A DNA stretch of 62,629 nucleotides, filler included, from Dimargaris cristalligena (lineage: Eukaryota): assembly GCA_003614675.1 (NCBI GenBank). It is 2 parts of 2 records of this genome, joined end to end, with 100 filler letters (N's around TTAATTAATTAA, not from the genome) between each part and the next. Parts side by side here need not be neighbours in the genome. Positions count along the whole stretch, not along the records: positions 1 to 31,290 come from ML002444.1; 1 more part is not named here. One strand, 5' to 3'. A model generated the notes under the pieces. The model had not been told where the DNA came from. It saw only the letters and a list, made by a program, of their open reading frames with translations, and made no database searches. Made by a program: the position numbers and the translations under genes. This document shows positions 1 to 11,746 of this stretch, one piece after another; positions within the stretch are counted from its first letter, which is position 1, and the number at the start of each line of letters is the position of its first letter.

Positions 1-145
1 CCCTGATAAGGTTATCGGGCTATATTACCTTGTGGCATTAATTGCAACCACAACAGTTATTAATTTCACTGATATTTATAATCGAAAAAGTCGATTTTTC
101 ATGCATGTTTGTTTTTTTATATAAAAAAAGTATATATAGGAAAGA

Positions 146-274
146 TTCAACCAGGCTGTATAGCAGAAAATCCGGTGGGTGATGTGAATATTCCTCGTTA
201 TAAATGAATCTCCCGCGTAGTTTACCTTGCACATAGCATTTATAACATACATCCAGTCCGAATTTCACCCATAT
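146..274. repeat. Dispersed ~130-bp non-coding repeat, copy 1
   Basis: Aligns by eye with 58360-58491 (TTCAACCAGGCTGTATA...GTGAATATT...AATCTCCC...ATTTCACCCATAT) in the same orientation. Confidence 0.8.
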
Positions 275-1436
275 TTTTATGTATTTATAGTTTATAAATA
301 AAATATGGTTCACTTCCATTTAATAAAATCAGCAACCAGTCAAAGTGAAGTGGAGAAATCCAAAAAAAGAAAAAACTAATGGAGCTTGTAGACCAAGGTG
401 AAGGGTAGTGCTCCATTTAATAACAGCGGCTTACTTTTCAAACATTTTTAAAGAGACTTACAAGTCAGAATCAGCCGAATATACCCACTCGTCTGTATTG
501 TACGGCGACAATAATTAAAGTAGGGCACCAATAAATAAGACAGTGCAAGAGAAAAGACCATAGCCCATTGAACGTAAAAAAAATCGATATTGATACTTGA
601 GAACATGAATAAAAAAGGTGGGTTATTGAAATGGCTAAGTGGGCAAGAGCTAGAACATTACAGAAGCCTGCAGTAGTAACATTTCGGCGACTAATAATAA
701 CATATTGCTATAATGATGGTCCAAAAATGAAATGTTAGTATTGTACGGCCACGCTACCCTGGGGACAATAGGCTGGCAAGAGTAGCTGTAAAATCGAGAA
801 TGTAGTAGATAAGAAGATTTGAGACAACTGATAGTTTCTTGAACCAACACAATAGTCTTTGTCTAAAAACACGAGGGTCCCTCTGGTACAATACTATGGA
901 AGGGGTATGTGAAGCCTTCTAGTTATAGATTCAATGTGGCCGATTCTTGGCAAGGATTTCAAATGGTGTCCAACGCTGCCATCAACATGGCCGAAATTAT
1001 CAAGACTATGTGATTTACTAAGCCATAGACAAGGCATGTAAACCATGTATAGTGATCCATAAAGGACAGGCCGCAGTCTCCAAAAGAACCGCGGACTTGC
1101 CAGTAATTAGATTTCTTTTTGAAAACTTCGCAATTTCAATCATAATAGTTAACAAAAGGCATGGTGAAGATACAAGACTCTTTCGGGCCTGTTCAGTCTA
1201 TCCATTATGAATCCACATGTTGTTATCTTGCCCTTTGTTTTGTTAAGCAAAGCTGCCCTAACCCATTTGGACTGCACAGTTGCCATTTCCGACCTTGCAC
1301 CACTAGTGATTTTTTCTTAATAGATGCATGTATAAAAGGCATTGGTTTTCCCTACATTTATCAATCAGTCGGTTTTTATTCTAACACTTTAATACAATGT
1401 CTATTATAAAAACAATATTTCATTCGATTATTCCCC

Positions 1437-1658
1437 GCGGCCCCATAGGCAACCGGGGGCCGCATTCTGCAGTATTGCAGGAATCTAATACATCTACACC
1501 CACCCGCCAAAAAAAAGGGTATAAGTCCCCCAAGAGATCTTGGAGGATTTTCCCTTTTTTCACGCGGTCAGCCCCCTGCCTACCCCAAGAGGGCGACACC
1601 CCCCCTCCTCCATCCGACCCCGAGTAAAATACCAGGGGTCACCTGTGATGGTGGAGGG
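1437..1658 (-). ncRNA. Candidate structured RNA or DNA element of unknown class
   Basis: GC-rich island in AT-rich DNA made of back-to-back helices; several + strand mismatches become G-U pairs on the minus strand; no family motif recognised. Confidence 0.4.
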
Positions 1659-1679
1659 TTTCTATAAATCAGATTATAT

Positions 1680-2700
1680 GTAGTGCGTTATTGTTATTGT
1701 ATGTATTTTGATTGATAGCTTTTCTTAATGAGGAACTTCCATCTTTTTATATAGATGCGGTTTCACCTAGTGGAATGTTCCTTATTTGTCCGGTTTATAC
1801 CAATTAATTGTATGTGGTATTGGAAACTGAAGATTAGTTGTCGATTTTACACCAGTCGTCCAAGCAACAGACAAAGGCTTGGTGGCTGAGTTCATCAGTT
1901 AATTCATGGCGGCGGGAAAGGGCTTAGTTTTATTCACTAATAATTTTGTCTCTTGAATAGATGTCGGCACCTGGTTCTGGTCAAATTTAAAATGAGTTTA
2001 GGGCCACCATTGGACTCATTTGTCCTTATCCGCTTCAATAGTATCTCTACGAACCAATGTTGATTGAAATCACAATCCACGAGTGATTATAAGCAACTCA
2101 AATTCTTTTCACTTAACCCACAACAATGGGTTTTCCCCTTTTACTAATAAAAATCGGTTCATTACATCTATATTTCGACTTCTATTTCGACTGGGTATTG
2201 AGCTCACATCCAATTTACTAGATATCAGTATATATATTCGCACTTTAATTTTAATTTTTTATTTTGAGATCGAATATGGCAACACGGAACAGAGCCTGTT
2301 GTAAAGCATTCTAATCCGTTTGGTTGAGTAGTCCGCGGAAAATAAGGTACTACTATCGATATCTTCAGACAGGACACACGTGGTCCAAAAAGCAAATTTA
2401 TTACACACTCTTTTGCGGTCAAGTCCCAGTATATTTGTTATACCAGCCATATCCATGATGTGGCCATGGGGTTGGGTCGTGTTCAACTTAAACCCATTAA
2501 ATAGCTTACCCCCAGGCAGGAAGCTGCCGCCACTGGGGTCGTTTAGTATGACAAAGCCACCGCGATATAATCCAATATCAAGCGATCAATTATTTAGTCC
2601 AGTAGCATAGTACCCGAATTACCATTACTTTTGGCACTAACCCACTTGTTCTGGTCGAATCAAAGCCCGGGTTTATTAATAGGGCCTCGGGTGGTAATGT
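1680..2700 (-). pseudogene. Possible decayed lineage-specific gene
   Basis: Fragmented minus-strand ORFs (e.g. 2259-2486); YSTKRIRMLYNRL weakly resembles FSEHRIRLFRDVL of the 55605-57416 protein; lies downstream of a copy of the same dispersed repeat. Confidence 0.2.
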
Positions 2701-2896
2701 TCAGTGATTTAGGGACAACTACCAAGGCACTGCGCAGTTGGGAATGGAGTAAAGGCCCTTACTTCCGATTATCCCATCGGAGGTTCAATATCTCTGATCA
2801 AGTGCCTATCTTGGACCACCCATGAGATGTCCCGAAATTTAGATCATTATCCTGCCTGGACAGTCTTTCCACTACCTGGGGCCATACACATATCAG

Positions 2897-2936
2897 TTAA
2901 AATCCTATACAGCTGGGCCGTATTTCACCCATATGG
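2897..2936. repeat. Dispersed repeat, partial copy 2
   Basis: TTAAAATCCTATACAGCTGGGCCGTATTTCACCCATATGG vs TTAAAACCTTATACAGCTGGGCCGCATTTCACCCATATGG at 58454-58493. Confidence 0.8.
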
Positions 2937-2964
2937 TTACCAAAGCGCTGCACGGCCCAGCCAT

Positions 2965-5469
2965 TTAATGGGTAATATTAGGCATCGTCCCAGGTTCGGG
3001 CTCAATTCGCTGCATAATTTTTTGAATTTGGTCGGATAAAGCGGCAACGGAACTTCCCACCACCTGGCTGAACCGAGTCAGCACCACCGCCATGAAACGG
3101 GGCATAATATCCGGGTCATCAGGGAAATTATCGTAGGGTAACATGGTTCGCACGGCAATTTTACCCGACACTAGCGGTTCAATGAGGACCGGGTCGATAT
3201 CCGCTGACGTTGTTGACGCTGGTGGCGCATCACCCCGTGCTGAAGCAGTGTCCGGGGTATTAATTGCCGCGTACCAGCGCTGGTACTCACTGTAAGCCTT
3301 GTCCGCCTCCGATGTACTTTCGTGGGGCTCACTGGAAGGCCGGCCGTCCCCATTTTCCGCCCCGGCCAACGATTCGGTACCCCCCCTTTGCTGGTGGATT
3401 TCCACCGTGGGTAGGGGCGGGATCCAGTGCGTGAAGAGTAGTTGTTGTTTTTCCACCCGCTCGGCCACGCGGTTTAACAGGGTCATGGTCGCGGTTTTAT
3501 TCAGGGACATTTCGATGCACACATCGTGGGAGAGGTACGTAAAGGCCAAGTCCACGAACCGATCCAGATGCCGTTCACAAAACTCCCGGGCGTCCGCGAG
3601 TCGGTCGGGACATATAGGGTCGGCGTAGGGGAGCTGCCAGCCGAACTGGGTGATGAATTGGGCAAAGGAGGGGAGGTTGCGGGAGTAGAGGGGATGGTCC
3701 GGGTCCGTCCGGGGCATCCCGTCCAGGCCGTAGTGCATCATGATAAGCACAATGAGAACGGCGGCTAGAGTAACCTCGGGTATGCCCGAAGTGGGGTGTT
3801 CGAGGGATAGGTCCACTGGGAGAAGGTCGCAGAGCCCCTCGGCCTCGTGGTAGAATTGGACGGGCAGGCTGAGATTATCAATGAGACGATGGAGGATCAG
3901 GGCCCTGTTGAGTGGCGGTACTTCAATCCGGTAGTTCAACCGCATTAAGTGGGAAATTTCGAATACCTGAGCTTCATAGTGCTTAAACTCGATGGCGCCC
4001 TAATAGGGGAGATATAATCGTAGATAGGATAATAGGTATGGCCAAAACAAAACAATTAATACAAAAAAATTAACATCTAGGATTAGTCGCGCGAGGTTCA
4101 ACGAGTATCTGGGGGTGCGGGGGGGGGTACTGTAATGATAAGAATAGTCATGGGGGTCACTTACCATAATATGCTGTCGTTTTAAGTAGACTTGGTGTAT
4201 CTGCGGCACAATTTTGAGCGGTAAAATACTTATGGCTCGACGCAAGGGAATGCGGTCTGTTTCCACCCACCGGTAGAGGTCCTGGAGTAGCACGGGCAAC
4301 CGGAGCCATTGGCAGGCCAGGTAGAGGATGGCCGGCACGGTGGGAATGATATTCAGGCCCGTGATATTTTTATGCCCGGTTTGGTAATTCACCCTCAAGT
4401 GGGTTACTTTCGGGTCGGTCTTCCAGGTAACGGGCACCCGGCCGGCGAGACGGGGGAATTCAGCTGATTCCAGCGAGCCTCGCAATCGCCGGGAGGGGGG
4501 TCTAAGCCGGCGGTAGGCCGAGTCCAGCGGATCCCGCATGGGTTCGATGTTCTCGTCGTCCGTGGACCATGAAGTAGGAGGAATAACCGCCACCATCTCC
4601 TCCGCTTTCTCTTCCTTGACTATACTGAGTTCCGGTGGGGGAGGCGTGGATGGGATACCGGCTTGATGGCGTGCCGTAATGAATGGATCTTCGGGTAATA
4701 GTGGCCAGTTGTCATCCGATAGATCGGGTGGTATGGGCCGATTATCATTAGTATCGTCTAATTCACTCTCCGAGGAGCTGAAAATATGTGCAGTGACCTT
4801 GGGCTTCTTTTTCCTCCGCTTCTTCTTCACGGGTAGTTGGGCCAGCCGATTCACTTCGGAATCCAACTGGGCATCGATTTCCATTTCGACGGTCGGGTAG
4901 CTCGGCAGGGTGAAATCCAGGTTATCCAGGGCCTCCTCCCCGTCACTCGGTCGTTCGTCGGGGTTTTCTTCACATTCACTTAAGCCCCCCAAAGGGAGAT
5001 CCCCATCGCCCAACGGCTGTTTACCCAGCACATCGTCGTGCTCGCGCCCGAACTGTTCCCACCGGTACCTATAGTCGAATCGGTACAGGTTCAGAAACAC
5101 CAGCCAGATCTCTTCGGCCACGTCCTGGACCTCCGGCGGCAACCCGATATCATCGACCAACACAAGCAGGGCCTCCTGCAAGCAATACTGAATCGCTTTG
5201 GCCAGGGCAAAGTGGGCGGCGGCGCTTCCCGCGGTGGTATTAATCCATCGCCGTTGTCGCAGGCGTAACACTCGCTTTACTTTACGACGGAGACCGCGGG
5301 TGTCAATGAGGCGATCGTCGACTTCCTCTTTCCTTTCGTCTTGGTAACCGCACTTGGAGCAGAGGGAGCTCCCGCCCGAGCGACGTAATTTGGCCTGACA
5401 AACGGGACAGCGGGGCGCTGAAAAGGAAGAGGCCCCGATGCCGTGTCCTCCGCTAGGAAACGCATCCAT
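2965..5469 (-). CDS. RRN7: RNA polymerase I initiation factor Rrn7/TAF1B-like (exons 5469-4165, 3999-2965)
   Basis: N-terminal CPVC...CSKCG zinc ribbon; QEALLVLV..IGLP.EV..VAEEIW and ILYLACQWLRLPVLLQDLYRWV..DRIP blocks typical of Rrn7; GTAAGT..TTAG intron 4164-4000 joins the two ORFs in frame. Confidence 0.8.
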
Positions 5470-6041
5470 GGCCACGGGAGGGGGAGAAGGACAAGGGCTA
5501 GATACAGGTGCTAACTACGGGGGATTCGCTCGCTAACCGAACCAATGCGCGCAGGTGAGACCGAAGCTTGCGGGGAATGGGCGTGAGGAGGGAATGTAGG
5601 TAGGGTGAAATGCGGGATAGGGTGATAGGTAATAGCACCTTTTACGGTTAAAAGTAAAAAGCAGAAACAGCGGTGTCGGTATCAAATATTAAGGCAAAGT
5701 ATAGGTAATAAAAAGTGAAGCTCTACGGGAAACGCGGGCGTTTAATCGACCCATACTAAAAACACTTACTTAGGGCCAAATGAGCTAAGCAGGGAACTTG
5801 CGAGTGAATATTTTACATTTCCAACGTACTCGACTTGCTCTCTACTTGATACTGCGGTCCAATATGTTTACGTGATTTATGCTTTAAAATATACGACTTT
5901 GCCGTTTTCCATATTTGGGGAATTCCAAGGTGCAGTTTAGGTTGCTTTTCTATTGAGACTTGCCCTAAAATAACATTAACGCTATGTAGATTCTGGTTAT
6001 TATACTTTGCCAAAGATAAAAAAAGCGCAACTGTTTCCACC

Positions 6042-9035
6042 ATGCTCTATGCCACCGCCCTTCGACAGTTTAGCTGCCGGCATTTAACTACGAATGTGCC
6101 ACGTCCCTCCAAACCGGGCTCGTCCCTCCAGCGTCTCAAATTGCGCTCCCGCCTACTAATAGCCCTCGAAGAAAACCGGGCAGCGGCTTCCTGGGCCGCC
6201 TTTGCCGAACTCAGCCGGGACTTCCCCGAATCCGCGACACTGCAGCCCAGCCAGTATATGCAATTACTGACGCTGGTAAGGGGCGCGAACGACCATCACC
6301 ACCGCCTGGGGAAGGAGGCAGCGGCCACCACCTCCTGCCCGCCCGAGATTCCCGCCAATGCCACGACCACGATTACCCACCGCTGGTTAGCGGACTTGGC
6401 CAAGGCGCAAGAAAAGGGAATAGTAAATACCCCATCGCCATCGTCAGACAATCGGGCATTGCTACTGGCCCTCTGTCGACTCGATTCGCCACCCCCAAAG
6501 ACGTTTCGGTGGTTCCAGACCCTACTTCCCCCCGATGCCTTGGATGCCGAACTGGTGCTTGAACTTCTAGACGCTTTCTACCGGTCCGCTGATTCGGTGG
6601 GTATGCTGGCCGCCATTAAATACATTGCTTCGCAAACAAACATCTTTCACTCTCTGGATTTTCCAGCCCTAGACGTATTAGTCGCCCAGTTGTTTCCCGG
6701 CAACCTAATCCAGGAAAGGAATAATACCGATCCCCAAGAAAGCACATTTCCGCAGCAATTGACCCGACTGGCCCGCCAGCAACAGGCGAGTTCCTCGCCG
6801 GAAGCTATCCACGCTCTATACCAACTCATTTACCCGTTTCTCGATCGATTACCGAATGCTGCTGTATCCGATTGGGTCGATATTTTAGTGGCTTCCCAAC
6901 AAGATACGCTACTCCTGAGTTTATATACTAGGCTACGAAGATGGGGAAAGCCTTTATCCGAGACCCAGTTTCTAACCCTTCTAAGATACTGGGTCCGGGG
7001 ACCTTCCCCAAAGTCAGTGGATTCACTTCCACCAGTCCCATCCCCAGGACTCAACCAGCTGCCAGGGGTTGGGGCTCATATGTCCGCGATAAACCTTCCA
7101 CCGACCCCGGCTATTATCGCGGAACTTATGCTTGGCTACAGCCAACTACGGGACACCCATCAAGTCAATCTCCTGGATAACCGACTGGGTATCCTACACC
7201 GTGTGGCCACAGCTGACGACTTTGCCACGGCCATATTGGCCCACCACCTTCTGGACCATTCCCAGCAGGTCACCAAGTACTACGAGCATATGGCCCATCG
7301 GGACCTAACCCTCCCAGCCGCCTTGATCGAACCGGTTCTTGATCACTCGTTAAATGTGAATGACTTGAGTCAGCTCCCCCGGCTACTAGAGGCCCTTGCC
7401 GAAAGGAACCCTCCCCCAACCCCCGCTGTATGGTTGTATATACTACAGCGCCTGCCGCCAGATACCGCGCCGGATCGCTATGCGGCGATTCACTCGATCC
7501 TGCGGACCCGGCTACACCAACTAACCCAGCGGGAGTTTCTGCTGACTGCGAACGACCTGATCACCCGGGACCAAACCCAGGAGGGCTTCCTGGCGTTAGT
7601 GGCCCGACTGCAACAACTCCCCAACACTAGCCGACTTTGTCTGGTACCCAGCCTGATTCCCACGGCCCTCTCGGCGGCCCTCCAATCCAACCGGGCCGCT
7701 TTGTTTAACCACTGTGTGCGGTGGGTATTGCAGCATCCCGCACATTCATGGTCCCGGGCCGATATCGATTTACTTCTACATGGGCTGATCCATTTTAAAA
7801 ACGGCAAGCGTATGCGGCCGGTTCTGAGCCTCCTGATCCGCCGGAGGGGTGGTTATGTATTATCCCCGGAAAATTACCGTAGGATTCTAACGCAACTCCA
7901 GCGCCAGAAACTATATGATGATTGTATTCATGTCTTAGTCTACTACGGAAGGGGCGGCCTTTTCGATGATGCTGTCGTGGCAATGGAGCAGCTGGCCAAA
8001 CAATTGGCCCACGCCCAGGATCGGTACGCTTTCCAATCCCTATTGAACCACCTGAACGCCGAGGCAAGCCTACCCATCACCCCTCTCGTCCGAGCTTATC
8101 ACATTGTCAGCCTGACCCGAACCCATTCGGCCTCCGAAGCATTGGTCCAATTCAATACATACCAGCAGCAACAAGATCAGCCCATGGCTGCCGAGGCCCT
8201 GGTGTACCTGATCCCGGCCCTGATCCAAGCCCACCTCAAGTCCTTCAGCCGACCGTTAATCCGGGATATACCCTTAAGTGCCGCCCGCGACTTGTTGTCA
8301 GTTACCTTTTTTCGGACCACGTTTACCGCGTACGCGGCCCCGTCTTATAAAGCGGAATTCCGCACGACCTTGAACCTGTGGGAGGCGAAGCACCGCCAGC
8401 TCCACCGGCGGGATAATGCTGCTGCGGTCGCCGCCCGCCGGTCTTCGGTCCCCATGGGCATGGATTTCCAGACGGCGGATGCCCTGCTAAAAGCGGCTAC
8501 TACCCATGGGCTTCCGCAAGTCTGGGCTTCCGTATGGCATTATCTGCGCACCTCACCCTTACCCGACCGGCCCAAATCAACACAACCCCAACCCCAGTCC
8601 AAGGCCTTTCCCTTCGCCACACCGGCTTTAGTCAGTCGATTACTCGCCAGTTGCCAGGGCGAAGACATTGAAACCATCGTTCAATGGTCCGAAGATCTGG
8701 GTTTACCGTGGACCGAATGGACGGTTCGGTCGTTAATCCGGGCCTACCGCCGGACCGGCCAACCCGAAGCGGCCTTGGCCGTCCTTTGGGACTTCATGCC
8801 CCGGGCGGATATCCGGGTCTTGCCCACCGCTGGGGTAATCCGGGATCTGGTGGAAACTTTGGCCCGTCATAATCGCTTGGATTTATTCCGGGACCTCGCC
8901 CGGTTTTGTCGACAGATGGGACGGCCCATGGATGCCTGGTTGGTGGCGGCGCTCCGGAGTGACCTAGCCCTACCGCTGTGGCAAGCCGGGCAGTCGCTCG
9001 ACGCCCTGATGAAGGGTCTGGATCTGCAGTGGTAG
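6042..9035 (+). CDS. Mitochondrial pentatricopeptide-repeat (PPR)-like protein, 997 aa
   Basis: Arg/Ser-rich presequence-like start (MLYATALRQFSCRH); helical repeats such as WTVRSLIRAYRRTGQPEAALAVLWDFM and PTPAIIAELMLGYSQL fit the PPR pattern. Confidence 0.65.
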   Translation: MLYATALRQFSCRHLTTNVPRPSKPGSSLQRLKLRSRLLIALEENRAAASWAAFAELSRDFPESATLQPSQYMQLLTLVRGANDHHHRLGKEAAATTSCPPEIPANATTTITHRWLADLAKAQEKGIVNTPSPSSDNRALLLALCRLDSPPPKTFRWFQTLLPPDALDAELVLELLDAFYRSADSVGMLAAIKYIASQTNIFHSLDFPALDVLVAQLFPGNLIQERNNTDPQESTFPQQLTRLARQQQASSSPEAIHALYQLIYPFLDRLPNAAVSDWVDILVASQQDTLLLSLYTRLRRWGKPLSETQFLTLLRYWVRGPSPKSVDSLPPVPSPGLNQLPGVGAHMSAINLPPTPAIIAELMLGYSQLRDTHQVNLLDNRLGILHRVATADDFATAILAHHLLDHSQQVTKYYEHMAHRDLTLPAALIEPVLDHSLNVNDLSQLPRLLEALAERNPPPTPAVWLYILQRLPPDTAPDRYAAIHSILRTRLHQLTQREFLLTANDLITRDQTQEGFLALVARLQQLPNTSRLCLVPSLIPTALSAALQSNRAALFNHCVRWVLQHPAHSWSRADIDLLLHGLIHFKNGKRMRPVLSLLIRRRGGYVLSPENYRRILTQLQRQKLYDDCIHVLVYYGRGGLFDDAVVAMEQLAKQLAHAQDRYAFQSLLNHLNAEASLPITPLVRAYHIVSLTRTHSASEALVQFNTYQQQQDQPMAAEALVYLIPALIQAHLKSFSRPLIRDIPLSAARDLLSVTFFRTTFTAYAAPSYKAEFRTTLNLWEAKHRQLHRRDNAAAVAARRSSVPMGMDFQTADALLKAATTHGLPQVWASVWHYLRTSPLPDRPKSTQPQPQSKAFPFATPALVSRLLASCQGEDIETIVQWSEDLGLPWTEWTVRSLIRAYRRTGQPEAALAVLWDFMPRADIRVLPTAGVIRDLVETLARHNRLDLFRDLARFCRQMGRPMDAWLVAALRSDLALPLWQAGQSLDALMKGLDLQW

Positions 9036-9471
9036 TAGGAGTAGGAGTAGGTCATTTGCTCAAGTGAAATGCTACGGCGTGTTTGTTCTATACGGCATAC
9101 GCTTCTCACCCTCTATTTGATGGGGTTTTATTTATTATTTCCAGTGGGCCTATTCTGTTCAAAGACAACCCAGAATAAACTGGCAGGTATATGCGTGTAT
9201 TATATAATAATATGGTTATGTAGCAGGCTCTACTCGTCTCAGCATTTCTCCCATGCTGAACTACATTACCACACATTGCACTTGCATTAACGGTAATACC
9301 ATAGTAATAAATATAAAGAGAAAAACAAAGAAAATAATAGTATTTTATTGTAAATGCAGGATCGATAAAATCAATGAAAACAAAACATAGGCCAATAAGT
9401 CGAAAACGCAAATATAAGAAGGGCAAACCACCAAAAACAAAAACCCCCCGACCATAATTGAACGACGACCT

Positions 9472-11270
9472 TTATTGGTGTTCCCGCATAACCGCCGAGT
9501 CCTTGTCGGTCCGCCGATCCTCTTTGGCTCCCGTAAACAACAACCGGTTGTCTTCCTTCCGGGCCCGGGCGTCGAGCATGATATTCTTGAGCCGGGTAGC
9601 TGACTTGATCCGCCGAGTCAGTTTACCCTGGTGCAGGATCCGCCGCACCTCGGGCATGTGGCCGAAGCGTTTCTTCAGCTGATCATTGTACTGCATGCTT
9701 TCCTGTTGGTGAGTGGATACCCGACCCAGTTTCTCATTGGCCTTAGCCTTCCAGATACGGACGTTACCGTCGTCACTACCCGATAGCAGGTATTTAGAGT
9801 CCATGGTGAATTTGGTACAGAACACTTTTTGCATCCGTTTGGTTTGGTAGATGTCGCGGCAGTTCGAGGTGGGGATGTCGAAGATACGGATGGTGCAGTC
9901 GTAGGAGCCGGAAACGACTTCAGCTCCCGTGGGGGAAAAGTCGACATCCAGAACCGCGGAGACGTGGCCACGGAGTACACTGGTGGGGTGTTTGAAGGAA
10001 CGTATATCATAAAGATAGACATTCTGGTCTTCACTAGCCGCGGCCAACTGGTAGGCCATCATGGGGTTCCAGCTGAGGGCGTTGACCTTGAAGGAGCAGG
10101 TGAGTTTCTTGAGGGCACTCTGGGCGCGCGCGTCATAAAGGGTCAGTGACCGATCAGCACCACAACTGGCGAGCACATCGCATTCGACGGGATTGAACCG
10201 GACCGACGTGGTCGTTTCCTTGGCCCATTCGAAGGTTTGGATAGGGGTGGCTTGGTTGACGTCCCATAGGGCCACGGTCGAGGAGGCCGTCACGAACTTC
10301 TTATCGGTGCGGTGGTGATCAATGGCGTTGAAAGCCTCCTGGCCTTCGTAGGTCGCCAACGGAGAAATAATCTTCTTCGTGGGCTGCAGACCCCCACGGA
10401 TCGACGAGCTGGAATCGCGAACCAGACCGCGGTTACGGCCGTAGGAAGCCTCGGCAATTTTCTGGACCTCACTGTCACTCCCGTCGTCGCCACCGGCGGA
10501 GGGGGGCTGATAGGCCTCCCCGAATCCATCGGTATCATCCTCGTCCGAACTATCGTCGCGCTCATCGGCATTGGTGTAGGTGACCTGTTCCATTTCGCTG
10601 AGGCGGGCCCGCTGGGCAAAGGACAGTTGGTTGACATTTTCATTATCGAAATCGTCTGTATCGGCCAGGGAGTCCTCGGCCACTTCAGGACCCCACACCT
10701 TGACCAGGCGATCCTGACCGACCGACAAGAACCGGCGGGTGTGGGGCATGGGGCATACGCCACGCACCACGCTTTGATGGGCCTTCTCCACCCGCCAGAT
10801 GGTGCGATGGTTGGTCAAGTCCCATACCCGGATTTCACCATCACCGGAGCCCGAGATGGCGGCGCGCAGATCCCAGGGGTGTTTGGCCAGACAATACACA
10901 CCATCAATATGGCCATCCAAATTGGCGACGAAGGGTTTGGCAAACATGCGGTGCATCTTGGCGGCATTTAGGGCACGGGTGTATTCCTTGGCCCGTTCAA
11001 AGGGGTGCACAATGGGGTCCAGATTACGGTGCATAATCTGCCTATCTGAACGCCGCTGGCGAGTGTTTTCCTCTAGGCTACGGGAAATAGCCTTGACTTT
11101 CTATTATCGGTGAATTAGAACGGGGTGTGTGGGGATAAAGGCGGTAGACGGGTTTAATTAGCCTAGGAAGCATTCAAGTCGACAATGAAAGTGTCTCTAT
11201 AGACTATAAACCACCCCCATGTGGAATACCGTGGAAATGTTTGGGTAATTTGTTTACAAGGACCTACCAT
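9472..11270 (-). CDS. SOF1: U3 snoRNP / SSU processome WD40 protein Sof1/DCAF13 (exons 11270-11268, 11100-9472)
   Basis: RNLDP..HPFERAKEYTRALNAAK..RMFAKPF, WD40 repeats, C-terminal Sof1 domain; an ATG|GTAGGT..ATAG intron (11267-11101) gives the conserved MKVKAISR start. Confidence 0.95.
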
Positions 11271-11746
11271 ATTTATGTGGCCGACTTCGCAGGGGAGGGG
11301 TGGTGCGGGATAGTCTTCAGTAGAATAATTATAGCAGCGGCTGGCCTCTGGTAGTTAAGGAATGTTGCACCGTTGACTAATGCTCCGCCAATTTCGCGGG
11401 ACGACTTCACAGTAAGCCGTACTAACTCGATTTCGGATAGAGAGTTTGGTTCGGGAATGAACTAGTGAGTGAGAGAGTAGGCAAATAGAGGCAAATGCAC
11501 TGGAGGAAAAAGAAACGCAGGCGGAAAAGGCTGAAAACTGTACCCCTTTTTGGGACACCGGGTTAGAAATAAGAGGCGACTATATATCGGTCAACGAGTG
11601 GAGTGTATGCGCATTATACCACCACCCATCAATTGAGGCTAAGGAAAGAGTCCCGCCGTATAATAAAGAAAAAAAAATGTGGAAAAGAGCAAAGACCGGG
11701 CCGGTGGCCAGTCACGTGAGCAATAGATATCTCGTTATATTGGTAT

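Noticed and set aside
1521..1641. AAGTCCCC ... GGGGTCA as an RNase MRP P4 helix on the + strand
   Set aside because: Motifs are imperfect, spacing is short, both halves sit in local hairpins, and G-U bias favours the other strand
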